From contig JACIWQ010000003.1 of NCBI GenBank assembly GCA_014360895.1, forward strand, positions 1 to 61,057: DNA of 61,057 nt, given 5' to 3'. The translations under genes and the position numbers were made by a program. The notes under the pieces were generated by a model that saw only the letters and a list, made by a program, of their open reading frames with translations, was not told the DNA's origin and ran no database searches. Numbering within the stretch: the first letter of the stretch is position 1; the number at the start of each line of letters is the position of its first letter. Of this stretch, positions 51,631 to 61,057 are shown piece by piece. The DNA comes from Thermoflexales bacterium. Its GTDB lineage: Bacteria; Chloroflexota; Anaerolineae; B4-G1; DUEL01.

Positions 51631-52359
51631 ATGGGCATCCCTTCTCTTTTCCTGGCCCTCCTGGCAGGCCTGGCATCCTTTCTCTCTCCCTGCGTCCTCC
51701 CGATGGTGCCAGCTTACATCGGCTATCTGAGCGGCCGCGCCGTCGCCGGGGCGGATGCCGGGCCCTCTGCGCGGGAGCGTTTCACCACCCTCCTCCACGC
51801 TCTGGCCTTTGTGACGGGCTTCTCTATGGTCTTCGTCGCCCTGGGCGCGGCCGCCGGCGGGTTGGGTCGCCTCCTGCGCGCCGACTGGGTCCGCTGGCTC
51901 GGCGGCCTGGTCATGGTCTTCTTCGGCCTGGCGCTGATGGGGGCGATCAAACTCCCCGCGCTCTACACCGAGCGGCGGCTCCACCTCCGCACCGGTTCCC
52001 GATGGGGCTACCTCTCCTCTGTCCTCGTCGGCGTCTCCTTTGCTGCCGGATGGACTCCCTGTGTGGGCCCGGTCCTCGGGGCCATCCTGGCCCTGGGGGC
52101 CAGCCAGGAGACCGCCGGCCAGGCCGCGCTCCTGCTGACCGTCTACTCCCTTGGACTGGGCATCCCCTTCCTGCTGGTCGGACTGGCGGTGGACCGGATG
52201 GGCGCGGGGTTGCGACGCCTGCACCGCTACCTCCGCCCCATCCAGGTCGCCACCGGTGCCCTCATTCTCTTCTTCGGTATTCTCCTGTTTATGGACTGGC
52301 TGCGCGTCCTGGGCGCGTGGATGACCTCCCTGGGCCTGGGCTGGGACCCGGGGCTGTAA
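51631..52359 (+). CDS. ccdA: Cytochrome c biogenesis / thiol-disulfide transporter CcdA (DsbD family)
   Basis: FLAGLASFLSPCVLPMVPAYIGYL with the conserved Cys, second Cys in AAGWTPCVGP, six TM segments. Confidence 0.85.
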   Translation: MGIPSLFLALLAGLASFLSPCVLPMVPAYIGYLSGRAVAGADAGPSARERFTTLLHALAFVTGFSMVFVALGAAAGGLGRLLRADWVRWLGGLVMVFFGLALMGAIKLPALYTERRLHLRTGSRWGYLSSVLVGVSFAAGWTPCVGPVLGAILALGASQETAGQAALLLTVYSLGLGIPFLLVGLAVDRMGAGLRRLHRYLRPIQVATGALILFFGILLFMDWLRVLGAWMTSLGLGWDPGL

Positions 52360-52413
52360 CGAGCCTGTAGCCCTCCCGCAGGCTTTCCCAACTGCGGGAG
52401 GGGCCTTGGGCCG

Positions 52414-53313
52414 TTATCCGTCCCGCTTCAGTTTCCCCGTCTGCTTGGCATATCTCTCGGCCTGGTGGAAAACTGTCAGCCCCAATGGGATGGAGACGAC
52501 GCCCGCCAGCAATGCCGGCCAGAGATAGGGCCAGAGAGAGGAGGTCGGCGCGCCACGCAGGATGGCCGCTCGCATCCCCTCCAGGACGAACGTGGCCGGA
52601 GAGACCCGCGCCAGGGCTTGCATCCACGCCGGCAGCACCTCCACCGGATAGTACACGCCGGAAATCAGCAAGAAGACAGCTTGCAGCACATTGGTCATCT
52701 GCGCGCCCCGTTCCGGGAAGAGCAGCGGCAACACCGACGCGAGGATGCCGAGCCCGATGAAGGAAAGACTTCCCGCCAGCAGCATGACTGTCGCCCCCCA
52801 GAGATTGGCCCCGCTCAGGTCCAGTTGGAAAAAGAGCACCACCACTCCCAGGATGACCAGTGTGAACAGCAGGCTGTACGCGACGGCGAAAGCCGTCTGG
52901 CCCATCATATGGGTGAAGCGGGTAATGGGAGCCATTAGCGTGTATTCTATCGTCCCTTCCCATCGCTCCCACGCAATCATCTCGCTGATGTTGTCAAAGA
53001 TGATGGCCAGGAAACGCCAGACCATCGTGCCGATGAGCAGGTAGAGGATGAGATAGTTGGTGTCCACCTGCACACCGGAGATGGCCTCCATCCCGGCGCC
53101 GATGTAGGTGATGGAGAGGGTGGTGGCGATAGAGTACGCCAGCCAGACCGCCTCCCATCCCCAGTAGCGGCGCACCAGATTGAAATTGCGCTCCACGAAC
53201 GCGTAGGAAGCGCGGAGGGTTCGGGTCAACGCACATCGCGGATCGCGAATCGCAGATCGCGGATCGCGGGTCGTGAACGGGCTGTCACCAGTTGCCTGTG
53301 GTTTCTCGGCCAT
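52414..53313 (-). CDS. ABC-2 type transporter permease
   Basis: Six TM segments, RRYWGWE...start, typical of ABC-2 permeases. The N-terminal ~28 codons include a heptamer repeat, so the true start could instead be the TTG at 53228. Confidence 0.8.
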   Translation of the reverse strand: MAEKPQATGDSPFTTRDPRSAIRDPRCALTRTLRASYAFVERNFNLVRRYWGWEAVWLAYSIATTLSITYIGAGMEAISGVQVDTNYLILYLLIGTMVWRFLAIIFDNISEMIAWERWEGTIEYTLMAPITRFTHMMGQTAFAVAYSLLFTLVILGVVVLFFQLDLSGANLWGATVMLLAGSLSFIGLGILASVLPLLFPERGAQMTNVLQAVFLLISGVYYPVEVLPAWMQALARVSPATFVLEGMRAAILRGAPTSSLWPYLWPALLAGVVSIPLGLTVFHQAERYAKQTGKLKRDG

Positions 53314-53326
53314 CTCTTCTTTCCTC

Positions 53327-54264
53327 TCAGCGGCCTATGGTCTGTCGTCTCCAAAGAGTCAGGTCGGTCTGGAATTCCAGGCCCAGGGCGGCGGCCAGCG
53401 TTCCGCCTTCCGGCTCCTCCAGAAGGAGGTCCACATAGGCGAAGCCCAGGCGGGCCGCCAGAGCCTGCAGGGTCTCCACCGCCGGGCGCAGGTCGGCCTC
53501 GGGTGGCGCCCAGACGAAGCCGTCGGCCTGGGTGGGGGCCAGGGGCTGCGCCCGCAGGCCCAGCCAGACCGTCTCTCCGCCCGGCATGCGGGCCTGCCAG
53601 CGCCCCCAGGGAAGCCGGGCCAGTTCCGGCAGCGGTCGGTCGGCGATTTCGTGCCACATGTGGCGCCCGGTCTGGTAACGGCCCACCCGCAGCGCCAGCC
53701 CCTGCCCGGCGGGGTAGGGGGCATCATCGGCCCGACGGAGGTCAGCGGGGAGAGGGGCTTCCTGTGCCGGAGCCTGCCACTCCCGCAGCCACAGCCAGGG
53801 CTCAAACCCCACCCGGCGGTAGAACGGCTCTGCCTCCCGCTCCGGCTGGGTTGTGAGCGCCGCACATCCCCGTTCCCGGGCCAGTTCCACGCCCGCTTCC
53901 ACCAGCGCCCGCCCCACGCCCTCTCCCTGATGGGCCGCGTGGACAAAGAGCAGGGAGAGGTGGAGGACATGCCCGTAGGGCGGCGGCTCTTCGTCCTCCA
54001 CGAATTCCGCCTCGCCCACCACCTCATCTCCCCGCAGAGCGACCAGGGCCAGATGACCCGCTCCCAGCCAGCGTCGGAGGTAGGCCGCGCAGGTCCCCGC
54101 GTTCATCCACGGGCCGCCGTGGAGCCACTGCTCGTAGGGAGAGAGCGCGTCGTATGGCACGGCCTCCCCTTTCCCACCTCGCCGCCAGACCCGGATGTGA
54201 CTGCAGTGGACAGCGGTGATGGCCGCCGCGTCCCCGGGCGTCGCCGGACGGATGGTCAACCCGT

Positions 54265-54268
<4 letters not shown>
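53327..54268 (-). CDS. GNAT N-acetyltransferase with a ~150-aa C-terminal extension
   Basis: IRPATPGDAAAI, HQGEGVGRALVE, FYRRVGFEP. Lies between the ABC ATPase and permease genes; its ATG overlaps the ATPase stop (ATGA at 54265-54268). Confidence 0.75.
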
Positions 54269-55098
<830 letters not shown>

Positions 55099-55215
55099 CT
55101 CTTCTCCTCCAGGACAGTAGCTACAAGAGCGTGGGGCAATGAGACGTTTCGCCAGACTCCCCTGTAAACAGCGAGGCCGTGGGGGAGTCCACGGCCTCGC
55201 GCGAAGGAGAAATGA

Positions 55216-55251
55216 AAAGGCCGTGGGCTCCCGCAGGCGCCCACGGCCTTT
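55216..55251 (-). terminator. Strong hairpin downstream of nadB / small ORF
   Basis: Perfect 13-bp stem aaaggccgtgggc / gcccacggccttt with a 10-nt loop. A second 10-bp hairpin sharing the ggccgtgg core lies at 55173-55198. Confidence 0.5.
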
Positions 55252-55408
55252 AGTATTATTTCTATTATCGGCCAGGTGGCGCACTGCGGCAGGGCATGCC
55301 GGCCACCTCGCGGCGCAGCATGGGAACCCCGATCATCCAGAGAATCATCGCAATGCGCATCTGACCTGCTCCTCGGTGATTTCGTTCCTATCAGGACTTA
55401 CACACTTG

Positions 55409-55486
55409 GGGGATTGCTTCGGCCCATTGGGCCTCGCAATGACTTCTTACGCACTCGCAGGGTCATTGCGAGCGGCGAAGCAATCT
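55409..55486. repeat. Composite palindromic element (gattgcttcg ... ctcgcaatgac / gtcattgcgag ... cgaagcaatc)
   Basis: gattgcttcg (55412-55421) pairs with cgaagcaatc (55476-55485). ctcgcaatgac (55433-55443) pairs with gtcattgcgag (55462-55472). There is an inner mini-hairpin gccc-att-gggc. A gtcattgcga half-site recurs at about 29058. Confidence 0.55.
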
Positions 55487-55554
55487 CATCCCGGGAGGCC
55501 AATTGTGTAACTCCTGTTTGTTTCTATTTTACCCCGGTTTGGATAATTGTCAAA

Positions 55555-57150
55555 TCAGGATTCCCGATAGTGACAGCCCCGGCTCTGACGGTTGTGGTAG
55601 GCGGCCTCCGCGACCAGGAGCGCCGCCTGTACCGTGTGACGCAATCCCACCAACCCGTCGCTTAACCGACTGGTCCGGTAGAAGTCGTCTATCTCTTCTT
55701 TCAGGTGACGGAGGTCCCGAAGGGCGCGGCTGAGCCGCCGTTCGGAGCGGACCAATCCCACGTAGTTCCACATTGTGTACTGAATCGCCCGCAGGTCGCG
55801 CCAGATGAGGGCCGGGTCTGCTTCCTCTACCCCGGTCTCCTCCCAGGGTGGGACCTCCTCCGGGGAGACGACGGGGAGCGGGCCCCGTGCAGCGATGTCC
55901 CGCGCCGCGCGCTCGCCCCAGACCAGCCCCTCCAAGAGCGACGTGGAGGCCAGTCGGTTGGCCCCGTGCACCCCGGTACAGGCCACCTCCCCGACGGCGT
56001 AGAGGTTTCGGACGGTCGTCCGGCCCCACTCGTCGGTCCAGACACCGCCGCAGAAGTAGTGGGCCGCCGGGACCACCGGGATGGGCTGGACGGTGATGTC
56101 CAACCCCAGCGACCGGCAGCGGTCGTAGATGGTGGGGAAGCGTTCCCGAATCCGCTCCGGCGGGAGGACGGAGGCGATGTCCAGCAGCACGTAGGGGTAG
56201 CCGTTGACGACCATTTCGTGGTGGATGGCCCGCGCGACCACGTCCCGGGGTGCCAGGTCGCCCCACTCCGGGGCGTATTTCTGCATAAACGGGCGGCCGT
56301 CCGGGGTGAGCAATCGTCCTCCTTCCCCTCGCACCGCCTCGGAGATCAGGAACCCCTCCGCGCCGGGAAGGGCCAGGACGGTGGGGTGGAACTGGACGTA
56401 CTCGGCGTTGATGACCCGTGCCCCGGCCCGGTAGGCCATAGCCAGGCCGTCGCCCCGGGCGCCCTCCGGGTTGGTGGTGTAGCGGTAGATGCGGCCCAGG
56501 CCGCCCGTCGCCAGCACCGTCGCTCCGGCCAGATACCGGTGCACCTGTCCGGTGGCCCGGTCCAGCACATACGCGCCGTGGCAGGTGATGGGGTCGTAGA
56601 CGGTGAGGGAGTTGCGGGCGTGGTGGGGGAAGGTGATGAGGTCCACCGACGTGGCGTTGGTCACCAGGCGGACGTTGGGGCAGGCCCGCAGTGCGGCGAT
56701 CAGCGCCCCGATGATGGCCCGCCCCGTCGCGTCGCCGACATGGAGGATGCGGGGACGGGAGTGGGCCCCCTCCAGGCCGTAGGCCAGCCGCCCGTCGGGC
56801 TCGCGGTCAAAGGGGACGCCGAGTTCCCGAATCAGCAACTCCTCCACCAGCCGGGGCCCCTCCTCCGCCAGGATGCGGACGGCGGCGGGGAAGCTGAGGC
56901 CGGCCCCGGCCGCCAGAACGTCTTGGGCCAGGAGGTCGGGGCGATCATCCTCCCCCAGGGCGACGATGCCGCCCTGGGCATAGCGGGTGTTGCTCTCTTC
57001 GGGGTCGGCCGCGCGGGTGATGATGGTGACCTGCCGCTGGCGCTCACGCGCCAGGGCCAGCGCGGCCGTCGCCCCGGCAATGCCGCAGCCGATGACCAGG
57101 ACGTCGGTCTCCACATGTTCGGTCACAAATCCTCCTTTCCGGTCAGCCAT
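55555..57150 (-). CDS. nadB: L-aspartate oxidase
   Basis: DVLVIGCGIAGATAAL (FAD dinucleotide fold), YAQGGI, FHPT, RGEGG.L, HYFCGGV, GANRLASTSLLE. Confidence 0.95.
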   Translation of the reverse strand: MADRKGGFVTEHVETDVLVIGCGIAGATAALALARERQRQVTIITRAADPEESNTRYAQGGIVALGEDDRPDLLAQDVLAAGAGLSFPAAVRILAEEGPRLVEELLIRELGVPFDREPDGRLAYGLEGAHSRPRILHVGDATGRAIIGALIAALRACPNVRLVTNATSVDLITFPHHARNSLTVYDPITCHGAYVLDRATGQVHRYLAGATVLATGGLGRIYRYTTNPEGARGDGLAMAYRAGARVINAEYVQFHPTVLALPGAEGFLISEAVRGEGGRLLTPDGRPFMQKYAPEWGDLAPRDVVARAIHHEMVVNGYPYVLLDIASVLPPERIRERFPTIYDRCRSLGLDITVQPIPVVPAAHYFCGGVWTDEWGRTTVRNLYAVGEVACTGVHGANRLASTSLLEGLVWGERAARDIAARGPLPVVSPEEVPPWEETGVEEADPALIWRDLRAIQYTMWNYVGLVRSERRLSRALRDLRHLKEEIDDFYRTSRLSDGLVGLRHTVQAALLVAEAAYHNRQSRGCHYRES

Positions 57151-57432
57151 TCCACGGAGAGGACACCGCCGTAGTCAATGAACTGATCGTGGGCCCGGCC
57201 TCGGGTTGTACCGCTCCTGGTACTTTTTGGGGATGACATCCCAACCCTTAGTAGAAATGGTCGTTATCGCCATACTGAGGCCTCATTAAGTGATACTTTC
57301 TATATAGAAGTATACCTTAAATGACGGAAAATGCAACCGAAGGGAGGGTAGCTGTTTCCCTACTTCTCTCGTTTGACAAACAGCGGGATGTATAATAAGA
57401 TTTGGGGCGACTTTCACGGATGGGTGGCGCTT

Positions 57433-58788
57433 ATGACCCCTGATACGCTTTCCTCCCGCATCTCCTCCCGCACCGCGCGGGTCGCCATCATCGGGCTGGG
57501 GTATGTGGGGCTGCCGCTGGCGGTGGCCTTCGCGAGGGCCGGATTCCCGGTGGTCGGTATAGACGTGGACGAAGAGAAGGTCGCCGCGCTGAACGCGGGC
57601 CGCAGTTACATCGCCGACGTCTCCGATGAGGACCTGAGGCCGCATGTGGTCTCGGGCCGCCTCCGGGCCACAACGGACTACGACGCGCTGCGGGAGGCCG
57701 ATGCCATCTTCATCTGCGTCCCCACGCCCTACGACGCCCAGCGGGCCCCGGACCTCTCGTACATCCGGGCCGCCGCGGAGGGGATTCGCTCCCGCCTTCG
57801 CCCCGGCCAACTGGTCGTCCTGCAATCCACCACCTACCCCGGCACCACCGAGGAGGTGGTCCAGCCCATCCTGGAGGCGAGCGGCCTGCGGGCGGGCCGG
57901 GATTTCTACCTGGCCTTCTCCCCGGAGCGGATAGACCCGGGCAACAAACAGTGGTCGGCCTACAACACCCCGAAGGTGGTAGGGGGCATAGACCCGGAGT
58001 CCACCCGGCTGGCCTGCGAACTCCTGGGGCAGATGGGCGCCCCTGTCCATCCTGTTTCCTCTCCCCGCGCGGCGGAGATGACCAAACTTCTGGAGAACAT
58101 TTTCCGCGCCGTCAACATCGCGTTGGTCAACGAACTGGCGTTGCTGGCGGAGCGGATGGGGATTGACTTCTGGGAGGTCATAGAGGCGGCGAAGACCAAG
58201 CCCTTCGGGTTTATGCCCTTCTATCCGGGGGCGGGAGTGGGGGGGCATTGCATCCCGGTGGACCCGTACTACCTCTCCTGGAAGGCCCGGGAGTACGACT
58301 TCTACACCAAATTCATAGAACTGGCGGCGGAGGTGAACCAGGCCATGCCCTACCACGCGGTGGACCTGGTGGCGGAGGCCCTCTCCCAGGACGGGCTTCC
58401 CCTCAAAGGCGCGCGGGTGCTGGTGCTGGGCGTGGCCTTCAAGCCCGATGTGGACGACCCCCGCAATTCCCCCGCGGAGCGCGTCATAGAACTCCTGCTG
58501 GCCCGGGGCGCCCTCGTCCGCTACCACGACCCCTATATCCCCCGCTTCACCGTCGGCGGGGACGTCTTCTACCGGCCCAACTGCACGCTGGAATCGGTCC
58601 CGCTGACCGATGAGGAACTGGAATCCGCCGACTGTGTCGTCATCGTCACCGGGCACCGGTCGGTGGACTACGCGCGGGTGGTTCGGTGGGCGCGGCGGGT
58701 CGTGGATTGCTGCAACGCCACCCGGGGCGTCTCGGCCGACCGGCCCGTTGTCCGCCTGGGCGCCCCCTTCCCCCGGGAGGTCCGATGA
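57433..58788 (+). CDS. Nucleotide-sugar dehydrogenase (UDP-glucose/UDP-ManNAc/GDP-mannose dehydrogenase family)
   Basis: VAIIGLGYVGLPLAVAFA, catalytic Cys GVGGHCIPVDP, and AFKPDVDD.RNSPA. Confidence 0.9.
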   Translation: MTPDTLSSRISSRTARVAIIGLGYVGLPLAVAFARAGFPVVGIDVDEEKVAALNAGRSYIADVSDEDLRPHVVSGRLRATTDYDALREADAIFICVPTPYDAQRAPDLSYIRAAAEGIRSRLRPGQLVVLQSTTYPGTTEEVVQPILEASGLRAGRDFYLAFSPERIDPGNKQWSAYNTPKVVGGIDPESTRLACELLGQMGAPVHPVSSPRAAEMTKLLENIFRAVNIALVNELALLAERMGIDFWEVIEAAKTKPFGFMPFYPGAGVGGHCIPVDPYYLSWKAREYDFYTKFIELAAEVNQAMPYHAVDLVAEALSQDGLPLKGARVLVLGVAFKPDVDDPRNSPAERVIELLLARGALVRYHDPYIPRFTVGGDVFYRPNCTLESVPLTDEELESADCVVIVTGHRSVDYARVVRWARRVVDCCNATRGVSADRPVVRLGAPFPREVR

Positions 58789-58976
58789 ACAGAGTGCTTT
58801 GCACCGTGGGGCACGCCGAGAACACAGGGAAAACCAAATCTTTGCGCTTTCCGCGCCCTCGGCGGTTAGGTCCGGCTCGTGGCGCCGCGGGGCGCGCGGA
58901 GAACGCAGAGAAAACTGAACCTCTGCGCTCCCCGCGGTTAGAAAACAAACGTCCCTCCCCGGCCCGCCTGCGCGCG

Positions 58977-59501
58977 GTGCAGGTGCTGACGGGCATCGTG
59001 ATCGTCGGCGCGCTGGCGGCGGCGGTCTACTTCCGGGACCGGCTCCAGGAATTGGCGGCCTACGGCTACGCGGCGGTCTTCCTGGTGGGGCTGCTGAGCA
59101 ACGCCACCATCATCCTGCCTATCCCCGGCCTGGCCGTCAGTTCGGTGATGGGCGGCGTCTTCAACCCTTGGCTGGTGGGGATTGTGGCGGGGATTGGGCA
59201 GGCCCTGGGGGAACTCTCCGGCTATATGCTGGGCTACAGCGGCCAGACGCTGATTGCCAACCGTCCCATCTACGACCGCATCCAGGGCTGGATGCGCCGC
59301 TGGGGGGTCTGGGTGATTTTCGTCCTGGCGGCCATCCCCAATCCTGTCTTTGACGTGGGGGGGATGATGGCCGGCGCGCTCCGGTTCCCGGTGTGGAAGT
59401 TCCTGACCAGTTGCGCAGCCGGAAAAATCATTAAAAACATCGCCTTCGCCCTGGCCGGGTACTACGGCATAGAGGCCATCCTGCGCCTGCTGGGGCGGTA
59501 G
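58977..59501 (+). CDS. VTT-domain (DedA/YqaA family) membrane protein
   Basis: YAAVFLVGLLSNATIILPIPG...GELSGYMLGY...FVLAAIPNP.FD..G..AG. This is the conservative GTG start at 58977. An in-frame ATG at 58785 (overlapping the upstream stop as ATGA) would add 64 residues that are encoded by hairpin repeats. Confidence 0.7.
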   Translation: MQVLTGIVIVGALAAAVYFRDRLQELAAYGYAAVFLVGLLSNATIILPIPGLAVSSVMGGVFNPWLVGIVAGIGQALGELSGYMLGYSGQTLIANRPIYDRIQGWMRRWGVWVIFVLAAIPNPVFDVGGMMAGALRFPVWKFLTSCAAGKIIKNIAFALAGYYGIEAILRLLGR

Positions 59502-59534
59502 CTAGGCCCGGGGACCTCGGCCCCGGGCCTGGGG

Positions 59535-60860
59535 CTATCTCGTCACCTCCAGCGTTGCCAGAAAGGCCATCTGGAGCGGCCAGAGTCTCTCCACCTGTTC
59601 CGGTTCCATCGTGAGCGGGCTCGCCAGTGGCAACCAGAGCACTCGCTTTCTGCCGATGACGACCAGGGCCTGGAGGTTCGGCGGGTCACCGGGCCAGAGC
59701 GGCTCCTGGACCACGAAGGCGGGTCGCCCTCCGACCTGAATTCTCTCCACCACCCGGATCGGCCCGCCGCCGGGAACCGGATTCTCGCCTTCCGGCAATT
59801 CCCGTATCCAAGATTCCAGCCCCTCCGGTGTGGTCAACCGTGGGTTCTCCTCTTCCAGCAGGAAAATCCGCATCCCTACGAAGGTCTCCCGCCTCTCTCC
59901 CTGTGGCCGGTCCACAGAGACGCCTATCAGCAGGGAGGACACCGGTTGAATGCGGACCTCGTACTCCGGCGGATACCGGAAGCGAAGTCCCAATGCCGCG
60001 TCTTCAAACGCTTTCCAGCCGACGGTCAGGTTTTGTGCCTCGTCCGCGGAGGGGAGGACAACGGGGCGCGGCGTCGGAGCCGGCCCCGGCGTCGGCGGCG
60101 GAGGTGCACACCGGGGCGGTGCAAAAGCCCGTTGGACCTCCCGCCATACCTCTTCCGGGACCTCCGCCGGAACGGCCTGGGCGGAGAGACGAAATGTGTC
60201 CAGCATCCGGCGAATAACGGGAATCTCCGCGGGGTCGCAGTGGAGGGTGAACCAGAGGCGATAAATGTACTGCCCGTTGCCGACGTACACGGTCAACATG
60301 GGGCTGGGATTTTGAGGGTCGCCCATCACGAAGGCCACGGCCGGATACCCCGCCACTTTGGCGTTGGGCTCCGTGCGAACCACCAGGTCTGGTCCCGTTG
60401 CCTCTCTCTGCTTCTCCAGCCATTGGGCCAGGTCCGAAAGGGTGGGATGCCAGATGTCTATATCCAGCGCACCCTCCGGTCCGCGGAATTCGTGGCGTTT
60501 GGCGACTTTTACATCGCTGTGTAGCCCGGTATCTATGCTGACCGTCCAGTTCCACCCGGCGGGGTATTCTACGGCAAAGCTGTACACGAGGTCTTCGTAG
60601 CAGGCCCAGGCGGCTTCTGAGGACGTGGCCGGGACACAGTTGCGGACCCGCATCGCCGGATTTTCTCCACATCGCCATTCAGGGGACATGGCCGGACAGA
60701 GCGGGGCGGGGGAAGGCGTCGTCGTAGCGGTCGGGACTGGTGTGGGGCCGGCAGGCTGCGGAGAGGGAGCGATGCTTCCTGGCCGGCTGCAAGCCGTCAG
60801 GACGGGGCAAAGGAGAAGGGCGATCAGGGCATACGTCAAAAAGGACATCCATCGCTTCAT
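59535..60860 (-). CDS. Hypothetical lipoprotein
   Basis: MKRWMSFLTYALIALLLCPVLTAC lipobox, then a Pro/Thr linker and about 400 aa without a recognisable family. GGGAGGTG precedes the ATG at 60858-60860. Confidence 0.6.
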   Translation of the reverse strand: MKRWMSFLTYALIALLLCPVLTACSRPGSIAPSPQPAGPTPVPTATTTPSPAPLCPAMSPEWRCGENPAMRVRNCVPATSSEAAWACYEDLVYSFAVEYPAGWNWTVSIDTGLHSDVKVAKRHEFRGPEGALDIDIWHPTLSDLAQWLEKQREATGPDLVVRTEPNAKVAGYPAVAFVMGDPQNPSPMLTVYVGNGQYIYRLWFTLHCDPAEIPVIRRMLDTFRLSAQAVPAEVPEEVWREVQRAFAPPRCAPPPPTPGPAPTPRPVVLPSADEAQNLTVGWKAFEDAALGLRFRYPPEYEVRIQPVSSLLIGVSVDRPQGERRETFVGMRIFLLEEENPRLTTPEGLESWIRELPEGENPVPGGGPIRVVERIQVGGRPAFVVQEPLWPGDPPNLQALVVIGRKRVLWLPLASPLTMEPEQVERLWPLQMAFLATLEVTR

Positions 60861-61057
60861 CCTGCACCTCCCGGGTTTCCAGGACCTCCTGGGCACGTTG
60901 CCGTTTCTGGTTTAAGGGATGCGCCCAGCGCGGGGGACCTCCAACTTGCCGAATCGGCCAATTTGTAGCATCATGCAGCAAGACGTCAGGAGCACGGGCC
61001 AGGTTCCACCGGCGGGCCAGCCTTTTGCGCCGATTGGAAGACCCTCACCCCACCCCC

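Noticed and set aside
57373-57396. TTGACA ... TATAAT pair upstream of the sugar dehydrogenase gene as a canonical promoter.
   Set aside because: Both hexamers are perfect but the spacer is only 12 nt (57379-57390), too short for sigma70-type recognition. The TATAAT with an adjacent TG might still act as an extended -10, so I did not list it as a feature.

Overview
This is a 61 kb high-GC chromosomal segment. My spot counts of single 60-nt lines give about 72 % GC in a typical gene. Two local troughs stand out, at about 52-57 % and about 38-43 %. Gene content (rpsF-ssb-rpsR, RNase Y, recA-recX, many small membrane proteases) and the style of the intergenic repeats suggest a Chloroflexota-like bacterium, but that is inference only. 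I can support about 62 protein genes and several sigma70-like promoters and hairpin terminators read by eye. I saw no rRNA, tRNA, CRISPR array, transposase or integrase. All family names come from motifs I recognise in the translations; no database search was possible. Four things seem most worth a second look. (1) A low-GC two-gene module, an ABC/SMC-type ATPase plus a DUF4276 Toprim-like protein (5788-7518), sits inside a tightly packed minus-strand housekeeping gene string. It is start/stop-coupled to a 7TM-GAF-HTH membrane protein, and the architecture resembles OLD/PARIS/AbiL-type defence systems. (2) tRNA-thiolase mnmA is sandwiched between two nucleotidyltransferase-HEPN toxin-antitoxin pairs, followed by a membrane protein-antitoxin-RelE trio, all chained by overlapping start/stop codons. 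(3) A pervasive family of intergenic elements is built from stuttered 7-10 nt 'words'. These occur as hairpins and as tandem tracts, including a five-unit array at 17388-17735 and tracts that touch stop codons or lie inside 5' coding ends. (4) A single-gene, very low-GC FkbM methyltransferase island lies at 26489-27292. Most long ORFs in the six-frame track that run antisense to these genes are high-GC shadow ORFs, and I rejected them.
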